Shown here: positions 1 through 13,939 of the stretch, in pieces
Layout of the letters: each line of letters starts with the position of its first letter
Numbering within the stretch: position 1 is the stretch's first letter
NCBI RefSeq assembly: GCF_009914755.1
Contig: NC_060938.1
DNA: 64,000 nucleotides
Source of the DNA: the human T2T-CHM13v2.0 reference genome, Homo sapiens
Strand: one strand, 5' to 3'
The notes under the pieces: model-generated
Told to the model about the DNA's origin: nothing
What the model saw: only the letters and a program-made list of their open reading frames with translations
Database searches by the model: none
Made by a program: the position numbers and the translations under genes

Positions 1-94
1 ACAGATTCAGAATATTATTATTTGCTAAGTGAAATAAAATGGATTAGAGGAATTTTCCAACCAAGTGTAAAACTTGGATTTAAAATAGTAGAGA

Positions 95-391
95 AGACTG
101 AGCTTGGTGGCTCATGCCTGGAATCCCACCACTTTAAGAGGCTGAGGAGGAGGGAGGATCATTTGAGGTCAGGAGTTCGAGACCAGCTTAGCCAACAAAG
201 TGAAACTCCATCTCCACTACCAACACAAAATTAGCTGGGCACGGTGGCTCACACCTGTAATCCCAGCTACTTGGGAGGCTTAGGCAGGAGAATCACTTGA
301 ATTCAGGAGGCAGAGATTGCAGTGAGCCAAGATCATGCCACTGTACTCCAGCCTGGACGACAGAGTGAACTCTGCCATCAAAAAAAAAAAA
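95..391 (+). mobile_element. Alu (diverged, J/S type)
   Basis: Two arms, A tail. Confidence 0.9.
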
Positions 392-1744
392 GTAGGGAAG
401 ATTGGTTAGTATCTTAGGGAAGAGTGAGAGAACCTTCTTACCTGGCTCATGGTGGCAAAGAGCAAACATGAGGTTATTATACGTAATACTAAAACACTGT
501 CATCCAGTGGTATCTCTTTTGTTCTGTGTTTCAGTTTTCATATCTCTGAATGCTTGAGCATCTGCGATTCTTGTAGCAATTACCACATATAGAGGCCAGA
601 TCTGATCGCTGGATGTAATGTTTCAATTACAGAGAAAACGTAAGTCTCTGGCATATGTGTATAGTTACTATAGTATTTCCCTGACCTCTCTCTTTTATTA
701 TTTTTTTTAAAGAAGAAAAACAGTAGCAATATAAGTGGAATTAAAATTCGGATTTCAGCTTAGGGAAAATTCAAAGGGATTTAAACACATGTGACTGTCA
801 CCACTCCTCACTTTTAACAAATTTACATGAACGGTGAGAATCTTTCAAGACATAAAGTGGTGAACAGCTTCACAGCACGAATGTCGCACTTACTGAGCCC
901 TCACACCTATGAGATGGGCATTTTTAACCACCAGTTCTCATCTCACAGGCAAAGAAACTGAGTCTCAGAGACTAAGTAACTTGCCCAAGGGCACAAAGAT
1001 AGTAAGAGGTCAAATGGTATCCGACCCTAGTCTTAACTCAGGCACCTAACCATGGGATTATAGAGCTCAAATGATAAAACCACCCAAAGAAAATGCCAAT
1101 GGGTCCATACCTCATTTTACACTGGCAAAGTGAAGAAAAGCACAAACTAGAAACCTCGAGCCAGCTTGAATTTCCCAGTGAAGCTGGCATGTCCCCTGAT
1201 TCAACCCTAGGACCCCTTCTCCAGCTGTTAAATACCTTCATTCCTTCACAGCTTTAGATTCCATCTATAAGCTAGGGACCCCCCACACAGATGCTTCCAG
1301 CCTTGACTTCTCACCTGACTTCTCCTGGTGCCCACTGAGCATCTTCACTTCAACATCTAACAAGACTCTCACACTTAACGCATCCAGATTTGACCAGCGA
1401 CTCTCCCTTCCCTGAAATGACTGCGGCAAGAACCCTTCCCATCCAAGATGATGGCACTCTACCCCTCCAGTCCCCCTCGCCCGAAACATCGAGTCATCCA
1501 ACCTTGTCTTCTCGCTTCCTCTGACACAGTTTCTCTCATGTTCATTTTACAAAAAGGCAGTTTACATACATATTTCTCACATGATTCTTTAAAATGGCTA
1601 GTTTCCCTAGGACATTTTATAAGATTTCGTTTGAGCATAACTCACCGTGAGTACCTTAACTGAGGTAGTCACGTAAGCTTCGTCTAACACAGCACTGTGT
1701 AACCTACAAATCATGATGTTCACCTACCGCTTTATTTTTATGTG

Positions 1745-1980
1745 CTATTTGATAAACACTTACGTAACACTTCTCATCTCTCAGACATTGATGTCAAAGT
1801 GCTTTACTGTTCATTTAATTAAATTATCATATAATCCTCATAACCCTATGAAGTAGGTTCCCTTTACAGAGATAAGGAAACTGAGGCTCAGGGAGATTAA
1901 ATAGCTTACCTGAAACCGCACAATTCAAACCCAGGCAGTCTGGCTCCAGAGTCTGTACTTGTAACCACTTCGCCCTGCTC
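1745..1980 (-). mobile_element. MIR
   Basis: Minus strand gtggttacaagtacagactctggagccagactgcctgggtttgaat...gagcctcagtttcctt matches the MIR head and core. Confidence 0.85.
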
Positions 1981-2020
1981 CATCCACGAGATGTACTTTT
2001 TTGCCTCGTGAGTTGTTTTC
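1910..2020 (-). other. STON2: Probable internal 5'UTR exon (111 nt), partly MIR-derived
   Basis: Acceptor tgtttctactcatag|G at 2021/2020 and strong donor TTTCAG|gtaagc at 1910/1909; downstream of the CpG-island first exon on the same strand. Confidence 0.6.
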
Positions 2021-3184
2021 CTATGAGTAGAAACATACATGCATAAATGAACCTGCACTCTTATCTGGCTTTCTTATAGCCAGGACCCACCTCTGCAAAG
2101 TGCCTGACCTGACTGGGTGCATATTCTCTACCCTCTTCACAGGAAAATGGCAACCAAATGACAGGAGATCACAGCCCCTGGGCCCAGGAGCACTGTGCTG
2201 TGACCAGCCAAGTCACCCAGACCGGAGTCTGATATGCGACAGCAAACAACTCTGACTCCTTGGGACTGCCTCCCCAAGGCCTGCTCAGGAATCGGGAACT
2301 TAAAATCAACCGGAAGCAGAGCATGTGCGCTCCAGGGTGCCTGAGTATGATGGATGGCACAGCTGGAGGAGCTGGCTGTGTTGCAGACAGCACAGCCCCG
2401 CCTATGCCAATTAGGTTGATGGGTGGTGACTGAGAAACATGCTGGATTTACTCAAATAGATCCTCACTCCCTAACTCACCAACTTTTTAGAGATCATAAC
2501 AAAAAGAATAAGGATGAGATGGGAAAAAAAAAAAGAGAGAGAGAAAAAAGTGTGCTTTGACTGCCCTGCTGATACTGTGAACTGACCGTGCAAAAACAAA
2601 AGCAGTTTTCCTCCTACCAGGCATCTCCCAGGGTGTGGCCAGAGTGCACAGATAGCCCCTGTTAACTCTTTAGAGCACATTTCCTTTTGCTTCCAGATAC
2701 CACAGTGACTCAGGGCATAGCTTCTAGATCTAAGCGATTAAGAGAGGTAGGTTTAAAGCCCAGCTCCATTACAACCTTTGACAAAGTACTTAGCTCCAGC
2801 CTCTGTCTCATGAAATGCTACTCCTCATGTAATGCTACTCCTTAGATGAGATGCTACTCCTCCTGACCTTACAGCGTTGAGGTGCAAATTAAGTAAAATA
2901 ACATGGTATAACCACTCAGCAGTGGACGTAAAACTCAACGCATGATAGCTATTGATAGTGTTTTTGATAATTTCAGCAATGATAAAAGTTTTCCACCCTT
3001 CAACTGTTCAAAGTCTGAAGTAGAGGGAAATGTAGGGACACGGAATGATTTAGAAAAAAATGAATATTTTATGTTTGGCAAGGATGGGGAAAAACACAAA
3101 GTATTATTTTTGACAGCTCTGAGTTCACATAATAGACGACATTTAAACAACGTATAACTGGATACGTCTACCAAATATGGATCA

Positions 3185-3704
<520 letters not shown>

Positions 3705-4458
3705 CTAACTTCAAAGTTCAGGTAGATAGAAAGCCACTGATGGTCCCACTCTACTTCTCGGCATTTGGCATGAAATATGCTTGAGAATGCCCTTTCATTC
3801 AGATGGTGTGTTTGCATGGACACACAGCACTAAAATGGTACCTTCTTTCAATGAAAGCCAGGGAGAAGCCTGAAAGAGAAGTGTACAATGATCTCACCCC
3901 AAGCTTAAAATTAACAAGGACCCTTTGGGGTCACAGCTGAGAGCCCCCATGGGGCATAATATGAGTAGGAGAAATCCTATCTAAATGACAGGAGCCCTAG
4001 TGTCATCTTAATGTCATTCTTAGTGTCACCATCCTTACGGAGATATGAAGTGACTTAAGCTAGACACCACCAAATGTCAGGGGAAGCAGGGTCAGTTATT
4101 ATAGAAGCACCAGGGGATTTCTGCATGACTTTCAACAAGTCATTTGACCTTTCCAGGTTAGACTGCAAGTGGAGTAGGACCAACTGCCTGCAAGTTTGAC
4201 AGAGTTTATAATAGGATTAGATTTTATTTATATAGACGTTTGACATCCTTAGCTCCAAAGTGCTTTCCTATTAATACAATGAACATGTTAAGAGGGCCAA
4301 ATCAGAGTCCAGTGTTATTCACCTACTAATAAATCACTGAATGGCTTCATTTGTAGGAGGTTATGCAGCCATTCAGATTAAACAGTGCTTTTGATAATTT
4401 AGGCAAAGATTAAATAGTCCGATGGCAGTCAAGAAAGGACAGCTTTAAGAAGTCATCT

Positions 4459-4871
<413 letters not shown>

Positions 4872-6163
4872 TCACTTAGACCCATTCCTTCCCTAAAGAC
4901 TATGGTTCCCACCTAGCTAAATCCTCCTTCTCCATCCAGCCCGGAGTAGCTGCTCCTCCCTGAACCTTCCCAGCCCAGCACAATCTGGGAAAGACTCGCT
5001 GTCTGAATTCACAGCACTTGACAGCCCACTGGATTATTTGCCTACTGTTGGTCTCGCTGTGGTTTAACTATCATTGATTTTATATAAATATTATGTCTTT
5101 TCTCTCTCAGCATAGAGGCTGTGTCAGAGACTGAGCATAATACTTCTCTGAATTCCTCGTAACGTTCTCCTCAAAGCCTTGCACTCAGCAGATGGTCAAT
5201 ACCATTCAGATGAACATAACTCCCAAAGGTTTCACTGAGCCATTAGCAATCTGCAAAGCGGCTTCACACTCTTCGCTGTGATGAAACATCACAAGGAACA
5301 CTGACCACCCCTTGCCAGTTAGAGAGGCCACTTCAGGGCACCAGTCCAAGTTAGTAGGCAGCCAGCTGGGGTGACAAAGGTTGTACACTATGAATGAAAA
5401 ATCCAAGTTTCAATCCTGCCCTACTATTATGTATCTATAGAATTTTGGTCAACTGTTTCTATCTTTGTTACTGCATTTCAGAAAGAGAGCAGTAACACTA
5501 AAGTCTACCTCCTGAAAGTGCTAGAGATGTGAAAAAACATATATATATGAGATATAAGCATTTATTTAATATAACTAGATAATAGAAGATAATATTTTTC
5601 TATGCTGTGATACTTAACATTTCTTAAATATCAAAGTGCTGGGTAAATGTTATCCAGTGGGGATGGCAGCACCTTCTAATGAATTGTTCAGCATTTCAAA
5701 TCCCCCTGGCTGGTTTAAGTGTCCCTTCTCTCACTGGCTCTCAGAGTTACATCCACAGTTTTGTTTGCTGCACCTTTTGAAATTTCAGGCCAGGTTTCCT
5801 GGAAACCTGAGCTGGAGGGAACTGTGGTAGTTCACCATAGAATAGATCAAGTGAAGGCAGTACCGAGGCCACAGCTGCACGAGGGGGAAAAACTGCTGGC
5901 TCTCCAAAATGACCTGGAGAGGGAAACAGTTGGCTTCAGGCCTCCAGGACAGAGGTTATAGTTCTAAGCTTTCTCATCCACCTCTGGGAAGGTACACAGA
6001 ATCCTGGGGGAGTTTCTCCTGTTTCAGAAAGCACACCTTCAAGGTATGACTTGTCTCTCAAATCTCAACTGGAACAAGGATCTTTTCAAATCTCACTCAC
6101 TTCATTTTATAATATGAGCTCATTATATTTCTTATTTTATACACATTTAATATGCATATAGAA

Positions 6164-6762
6164 GGCCGGATGCAGTGGCTCACACCTGTAATCCTAGCAC
6201 TTTGAGAGGCTGAAGCAGGCGGATCACTTGCGGTCAGGAGTTCGAGACCAGCCTGGCCAACATAGTAAAACCTCATCTCTACTAAAAATAGAAAAATTAC
6301 CTGTGGCCAGGCACGGTGGCTCACGCCTGTGATCCCAGCACTTTGGGAGGCCAAGGTGGACACATTACCTGAGATCAGGAGTTCAAGACCACCCTGACCA
6401 ACATGGCAAAACTCTGTCTCTACTAAAAATACAAAATTAGCCAGGCATAGTGGCGCATTCCTGTAATCCCAGCTACTAGGGAGGCTGAGGCAAGAGAATT
6501 GCTTGAACCCGGGAGCCGGAGGTTGCAGTAAGCCGATATTGCGCACTGCACTCTAGGCTAGGCAACAACAGCGAAACTCTGTCTCAAAAAAAAAAAAAAA
6601 AAATTAGCTGGGCGTGGTGGTGGGTACCTGTAATCCCAGCTACTTGGGAGACTGAGGCAGGAGAATCCCTTGAACCTGGGAGGTAGAGGTTGCGGCAAGC
6701 TTAGATCACACCACCGCACTAAAGCCTGGGGGACAAGAGCAAAACTCTATCTCAAAAAAATA
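6164..6762 (+). mobile_element. AluS with a second AluS (6306-6602) nested in its A-rich linker
   Basis: Left arm, full Alu, right arm; outer TSD atgcatatagaa. Confidence 0.9.
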
Positions 6763-7747
6763 AAATGCATATAGAATTTCTAGAATTTTCTATTCATACC
6801 CCGATGGATAATTCTGCACTCATCCTACCTTCAAACAAATATTCTAATCTGGTAGCCAGCACTTAGAATGGTGATCCTAGAAGTATTTCATGCATTTACA
6901 TGCTCTCTGTCACATGCTGGTAAACCACTGGTTTATTGGGACCCTAGGTAGAGTTCAAATTTGTGCCATGCTTACGAATGAGAAAAACCATAGCAAAAAA
7001 AAAGACACTCTCACTGTGTTTTATTTCCCGTGTCACATTAGACACCCCAACATATTTGCTCCTTTACGTCCATTTCTGGCATGCCCTGTTGTTACAGGAG
7101 TGATGAGTCACAGTTGGGGGGAATTGTAGTAACTTGCTCCATCTCGTAGTATAAGCCAAACCATGGACAATCTTGGGTTCTCAGGGGGTTATTTATCTTG
7201 GGGGTAGGTGCTGATCACAATCTGTATGACCACATGGCACAGATGTTTAATTATGATGGTGACCTCAAGTAAAGCAAGCAATTTCTTGGTCTGACTATAT
7301 GAAAATTCAGCCAAATGTCCACCCAGTGGGAAAGCTCAGCTCCAGAAGAAATTATAGCTGGAATGACAAGAAGTGTGATGGATCAGGATTGGAATATGTG
7401 GACAGGCCTGAGTGAGAGGTCTGGAGCCAGACAAAAGGGTGTGTGCTAGATGACAGGATGGGAAGTCTGGGCAAAATTACAAAGGGATGGGACAAAGCAG
7501 CACTTGTATGCTTCTTCTCTGGACCCAAGCTTTTTTCATTTTCTCACTATGAGCATTGCATCTGCAATTTAATATACACCTAGAGACTCAGCTACTCTTA
7601 CAGAGCCTACTGCTCATGGCCAGAGCCAGCCTTCAGCAAAACTTCTGCATGGAGAATGCTGAGACCTTCCAGCCCTTTTCCTCCTTCCATTGGACTCTTC
7701 TATTCAGATATTTATCTCAATCACATCTTAATGTCTCCCCTTAGTTT

Positions 7748-7930
7748 AGTGGTTTTCAAAGGGTGGGACCAGCGGCATCAGTATCCCCTGAGCACTTGTC
7801 AGAAATACTCATTTCCAGGCCCCAGACCAGACTGACTGATTCAGGAACTCAGGGGGCCAGGCCCAGCAATCTGCATTTTCTCAATCCCTCCAAGTGATTC
7901 GGATGCACACTAAAGTTTGAGATCCACTGC
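7748..7930. mobile_element. MER5A (hAT-Charlie)
   Basis: gtggttttcaaag...cccagcaatctgcatttt...aagtttgagatccactg. Confidence 0.8.
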
Positions 7931-8399
7931 TTCAGGTGATATAAAATAACGACTTCAAGATGAGAGAGCACGTGCATTTTAGGAGAGAACTTGTGAAGAA
8001 GGCAAGCTGCTCAAGCGCCAACTAAATCAGTTTCTAGCAGTGGAATTTGAAGTCATGTAACAGATGGTGAGAGAGAGACTGCAGGCCACCGTATTTGCCC
8101 TGGCCCTCATCGCCTCTTGCTTTTTAGCTCACCTATTTCAATCTTCTCTCCACCTGGCCACTAGAAATGTGTGTTCAGCAGGAAAATCTGACCCTGTCAA
8201 AGCCCAACTCAAAACTCTTCAGTGGCTGCTCCCTGCCAATGGATAAAGTCCCAATCCCCTGGCACCCGACCCAGGGTCCTTCATCATCTGCCACTGGGCC
8301 ACCTCCTGATCTTGTTTCCTTCAGCACTTTTCCTCCTGCTCAGCCATACCTTGCTGTCTGCAGCTGGTTTAGACTTCCCCATACCACGGACAGCAGACT

Positions 8400-8700
8400 T
8401 TGCCATGTGAGTTACCTTGACCAACAGCATGAGAGCTGAAGTGATGGCTGCTACTTCTGAGCAGACTTTAGATGCTACAGTTTTGTTCTATCATGTCCTT
8501 TTTCCCTTTGTCATAAATAAGATCCACATTGTCCCAGAGAGAAGCTGTTTCTTAAGCCTCAGTGGGTCCCAGAATGATGACAAGTGAGGGGTAGAACTAT
8601 GCCTGACTTACACTGGACATGCAGCATGAGAGGGAACTAAATCTTGGCTGTTATAAATCACTGAGATTTGGGGGTTACTTGTTATTTACCGTTAAACTGA
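8400..8700 (+). mobile_element. ERVL-MaLR (MLT1-type) LTR fragment
   Basis: 3' motif tggacatgcagcatgagag...ataaatcactgagatttgggggttacttgtt. Confidence 0.55.
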
Positions 8701-11128
8701 CTGTAACAGTCCTTTTGATCACTTCTCTCAGTCTGGAATGTCTTCTCTTCTCTGCTCTACCTTGTTTCCAATCCCACCTCACCCCTGCCTGCACAAGAGA
8801 CTTGCTCATCATTCTACACTCAGCTCAAGTGTTACCCCTCGGTCAAGCTTTTTGTGTCTTTCCCAGGTATAACTTTTAAGATCTTCTCTGGATGCTACAG
8901 ACCTGTAACCACATCCCTGGAACTGTGCCACGGCGCCTCCATTCATTAGTACTATCCTTAGAACAACTTCTAAGAAAAAATAATAATAAAATTAAAAATT
9001 CAACAACTCATTTTATAAAGCAGAAGCCTGGCTCAGAAAAACAAAGCAATTTGTTGAAGTTTCCCAGAATCAGTCACAGTCTGAGATCTCACGAGGTGGG
9101 AGTCTGGCTCTGAACTCAGAAGTCTTTGCCCCGCCCAACACATCTCTCTTACTACCCCCAGCAGCAAGCGTTCAGATCCTCCCACGCCACTGGAGAGAGT
9201 AAAAGTCCTCTTATCAACAACTGAAAGGGCTGCCATGCTAATCTGAGACTTGAAAGATTGCATCTGGAAGTGGGCTTCTTACCCCCTGAGAAGATAAGCA
9301 TTTCCTCTAAGTCAATGTATTCATTCTAAGGCTCCTGGCAAAAGCACAAGAGACCCTAGAAGAACTGGGGCATTTTGTTTGCATCCTTTCCCCAGTTCCT
9401 AGCCTATGGGTTGGGGGATAGGGGGTAGTATGGTGTGGTAAGACAGATTCCCACTGACATCACCCTAGAGAAGCTTTGAGAAGGTTTTTTGGATTCGTCA
9501 CACAGTAGGAGGCAATTGAGCAGGGGGTTCAGAACTCCAAGCAGGTCCGCTACATGTCGATATTTTAAGTTTTAAAAAGAAAAATAAAACGGGCCAATTA
9601 TTGACTTTTCAGATTAACCAAGAAAAGAAAGTGACACAGTGACAAAGAATTAAACCAGACCACCCAGGTCAGGCATAGGAAAAAAAACACCTAAAAGTAG
9701 CAACTGCAATTTTAGGTTTCTATGAGCCACTGGCATTTTTGCTGTGTGGTTGAGTTTTTTTTCTCTCTCTCTCTTTCTCCCTCCCTCTCTTTTTAATTTT
9801 ACCTTTTCGTTTAAGGGAGGAGTAAAAAGTATAAAACTTTCAAATACTTCCCCCAAATCAGCCATGCTACTGAAAGGTGAACACTTAACAAAGTACCATG
9901 ATATTATTTTCACACAATATTCATACCAATTTTTTCAAAGGTCACAAAGCTTTTCTCAGTTACTAGTTGGAATGCATTTATCTCTCTCACCATTCCAATG
10001 GATCGGTTTTTTACCGCCCCCCAAAAGGACATGCTACCTTTAAAGATACCATCGGTCTCATTAATAATAGCATTTTTTTCCTTTCAAGTGTAGAAAGCTG
10101 TTCAGAGCTGCAAATGGTTGCTAGGCCAGTTTGGACACGTCTGATTTACTCTTTAAAAGCCCATCCACTCCGTATAATAAATAATAAGAGCCGGTATTTA
10201 TTGAGTGCTTAGCGCTGTGCTGGGTGTTTTTCAGGCATTGGCTCATATAATCCTCAAAACAACGCTATCAGACCGGTGCAATCATTATCGCCACCTTACA
10301 GATCAGGAGAGGGAGGCACAGAGAGTAAGAAGGACCTGCTCAAGGGGGAAACGGGGAGCGTCGGGAGAGGCGGGGAGGCAGGCAGAGACCAGGAGCTGCA
10401 CAAAAGCACAGTTAATGATTCACTCACAGCCCTCAGGCAGCTCCTTCCAGTAGGGGTTGCACCAGAACACACGGACGCGCACACACACGCACGAATGCAC
10501 ACACACGCACACGCGCGCGCACACACGCACTCTCATCTTCAACTCTTCATCCCAGCGAGAGGCGGGTGTCAGGCAAATTGCTTGGCAACGCGCAGAGAAA
10601 ACTCCATCCAAGCCCCACGTCCAGGCCGCCTCTGGGCGCTGTCCAGCGGGCAGAGCGCCTGAGGCCAAGCTGGGGTCCTGCCTCCCGACACCCCGAAGGC
10701 GGGGCGCGGCGCCAACCCGGGGTTTCAGGCGAGGGGAGTGTAGGGGAAGCACCGTCCCCAGGGACACCTGTTGTCGCCTCCCCACTCGGGCCGATGAAGA
10801 CATCCTGGGCGTCCCAATCTCGAAGACACCCGTCGGCCAGAAGTGTCTGTGTATGGGGCCAGGTGTCGCAGGAGTCCTCCTCCACCCCTACCTGCCTTAA
10901 GCAGAGTCCCCTCGTCCTCCCCCACCCCGGGACGCCCGCGGCTGGTGGAAACGCCGCGCCTCCGCGTGGCTCGACCAGGCAGGCTCGGGGGCGCCAGGGG
11001 GCACAGCGGCGCTAGGACCTCGCGGCCGGCCCGCCCCCGCCCCCGCCCCCGCCCCCCGCCCGCTCCACCTGCGGGGCCCCTCTTGGGGGGCGCGCTCGCC
11101 TCCTGCTGCGGGGCGTGGGTGCAGTTAC

Positions 11129-11290
11129 CTGCGCCGCGGTCCGCAGGGTCCCCGGCGTCCGCCGAAAGGTCGCCGCGGCAAAGCCGGCTTCTCTGGCCGC
11201 GGGATACCCACCCGGCCGCACTGCTCTCGCCACGATCCCTCCCGGCCGCAGCGCCGACGCCGGCTCCAGACTCGAGCTCGCTCTGCGCCC
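11129..11290 (-). other. STON2: Non-coding first exon (5'UTR); transcription start approximate
   Basis: Donor GCGCAG|gtaact at 11129/11128; no ATG in the exon; CCAAT boxes ~35-70 nt upstream of the estimated start. Confidence 0.7.
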
Positions 11291-11322
11291 GCCGGCTCCC
11301 GGCGCCGCTCCCGCCGCTCCTG

Positions 11323-11383
11323 ATTGGCCGCGGCGCGCTCCCGAGCCGCGCCATGATTGGGCAGCCGGGGAGCCGGGGCGGGG
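11323..11383 (-). promoter_or_regulatory. Two NF-Y CCAAT boxes (11323-11327, 11356-11360) and an Sp/KLF GC box (11375-11383)
   Basis: Plus strand ctgATTGGcc and atgATTGGgc, 33 bp apart; GGGGCGGGG. Confidence 0.75.
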
Positions 11384-12660
11384 GGACTGGCCGGGCGCCG
11401 CCGGGATCTGCTGGCCAAGCTTCCCGCGCCGCAGACTCGCTTTCCCGCGGCTCCCGGGGCCCCAACCAGACCCCGAAGCTGGGATTCTTCCCCTCTGCGC
11501 CTAGTGGGGCCGGCCGTCCAGGCACGAGGCAACACGGAAAGCATCGATTCGAGCGACATGGAAATGGCGTGGAATGGGGAGCGCATGGGAGTCCCACCCG
11601 CTCCGCCTGCGGGCTGGTAGTTGAGACCTCCTAGGAGCGGGAATCATTGCTCAACCAGCCTCACTCCTGTACGTTCATTTATTGATACTTTTGACTCTAC
11701 AAAGGGCGTAGGCTCAGGACAGTGGCTTGTAAACAGCGGGCGCCAAATAGTTCTGTGGACTCATATCGGACTCTACACACAACCTCTCAGTGGTCCTACC
11801 TGAGCTCTCAAAGGGAGAGCAACTTGTTTAAGGTCTTAATCACGCCAACAAATTATTAAAAACACCGTGCTAGGTGTTTAGGGGGAAAAAAGATAAAAAT
11901 GGTGAGATCTTCAATTACAGGGAAGTTCATACCTAGCTAGAGAGATGAGGCTGGATAATGATAATGACCCTAACGTTTTTATGGTGCATATTATTTACTA
12001 GGCACTATTCCAAACGCTTTACATTTATTAATTCAGAAATACAGAGGCTGTCATAAGAACATCCATATGCCCCGTGAACATGTGGACAAGTGACACCAGT
12101 TTTTAGTCTGGAGAGATTTTCATTGAAAGACACACCAGCAGTCACTCCACACTGTGGAGGAGAGGCACTGGTTAGAACCGAGGGCGTATAGGGAATTGAA
12201 ATTGCTCTGTCCTCCGTCTCTTCTCCCACCTGCCCTGAATCTTTCTAAGGAATGAAAACAAAACATAAATCTGGGTGCCACCAGACCTTTGTTCTGCTAC
12301 TCATAAAACACCCTCTCTAAACACCCAGATAGGAAATGAGTAGAAGTAAGTAACACAACTTACATTGTAGGACCTTTGGCTTGGTGGCACTACCTTGAAA
12401 GCAAGTATGTAGACATTTTTCTACAGACATTTCCCCCTTGTTTATTCTCCTATGTTGACAGAACGCCTTGAGCAAGAAATTTGGCTTAGGAGAGAAGTAA
12501 AGACTCAAGGCTTTAACAGTTTCACCCACTCTGAACAGTGTTGACCCTTACCTTAGGGTGAGCTTACAGTCATTTACTTTGAGGAGCCCAAGACCCCAAG
12601 AGGAAATTACCTCTGTTTTCTCCAGTTTATATCAATGGACAAACACTTGATTCACTTCAA

Positions 12661-13007
<347 letters not shown>

Positions 13008-13939
13008 TGAACCTCACCTGGGAGGAACACCAGACAGAGCACGGGGTGGTGTGGACTGTGTGAGGAGAGTTCTTTCATGGGCATCCCTCTCCAAGCATCG
13101 GAAGCACATGGAGACATCAGCCCATAATTCAGGTTGCTGGCTTTCCATAGCTGTGGCTTCTGCCAAAGCAGAAGTTCCATTTGGATTGGTCAAACTATCA
13201 CTCCAAAGAAGAAGGACTGTTTCAGCCAGAGAACCAAGCTGACCCAAGATGGTTTGTCAAACTGCTCAACCCTCATCACATCACATTAAACTCAGCCCAG
13301 GGATGACAAGTGAAAGGATGGCAAATGAAGGAAGAGTGACAAGTGAAAGAAGAACCTGAATTCTACTTCCATTACCTTGGAATCTTACTGAGGCCAGGAA
13401 CTGCTTATGTCTTGGTCTGTTCTCTGTCTCTAGCAAAATGCTTTATTTAGTTCGCCCCCTGTATCGCATTTCTTCCCTGGTGACTACTGCTTAGTGCTCA
13501 AAACTCAAATATTCTTTCCTCTGTGAAGCCTTCACTCATTCTCCCAGGCTAAGCTGTGAACCTCTTGCCGGTCTTATATTCCCATAACATCAATAAGCAA
13601 CAGCATTCTAGTGATCTGCTCAAATGGCCATCTTTCTAACTAGCACACTGTGCATTACTTAGCGATGTATCCTCAATCAGTGTATCCCCAATTAAGTAGG
13701 TACTTAATAAACATGAAGTGACTGATGAAAACCCCTGACAGGCTAATAGGGTGGTATTAAGGAGACTAGGGCCACACCCTATCGTGGTCTTCAACAGGGC
13801 ATTCTTCAGTTCCAGACTGGAAGGATATTTGGTGTGGAGCAAAGCGATCATCCATCCAATCCAACAATAATAGGTAGTTTCTGTGTGTCAAGCACTGTCA
13901 GGCCAAGAGAAGAATAAGCTCTTCTTTAAATGAACACAA

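Larger units (their letters stand above)
10440..11750. promoter_or_regulatory. STON2: CpG island / promoter of a minus-strand gene, most likely STON2 (stonin-2)
   Basis: Very high GC and CpG density; CCAAT boxes and a GC box lie upstream of a minus-strand splice donor. Gene identity comes from known SEL1L-STON2 synteny, not from coding sequence (none in the window). Confidence 0.8.

Noticed and set aside
436-490. Minus-strand donor CAG|gtaaga near 442 as another STON2 exon
   Set aside because: No convincing acceptor or pyrimidine tract at a suitable distance
10725-11634. Long ORFs (290 aa minus, 263 aa plus, others) across the CpG island
   Set aside because: Ala/Arg/Gly/Pro-rich, overlapping on both strands; stop codons are scarce in very GC-rich DNA; no recognisable domain
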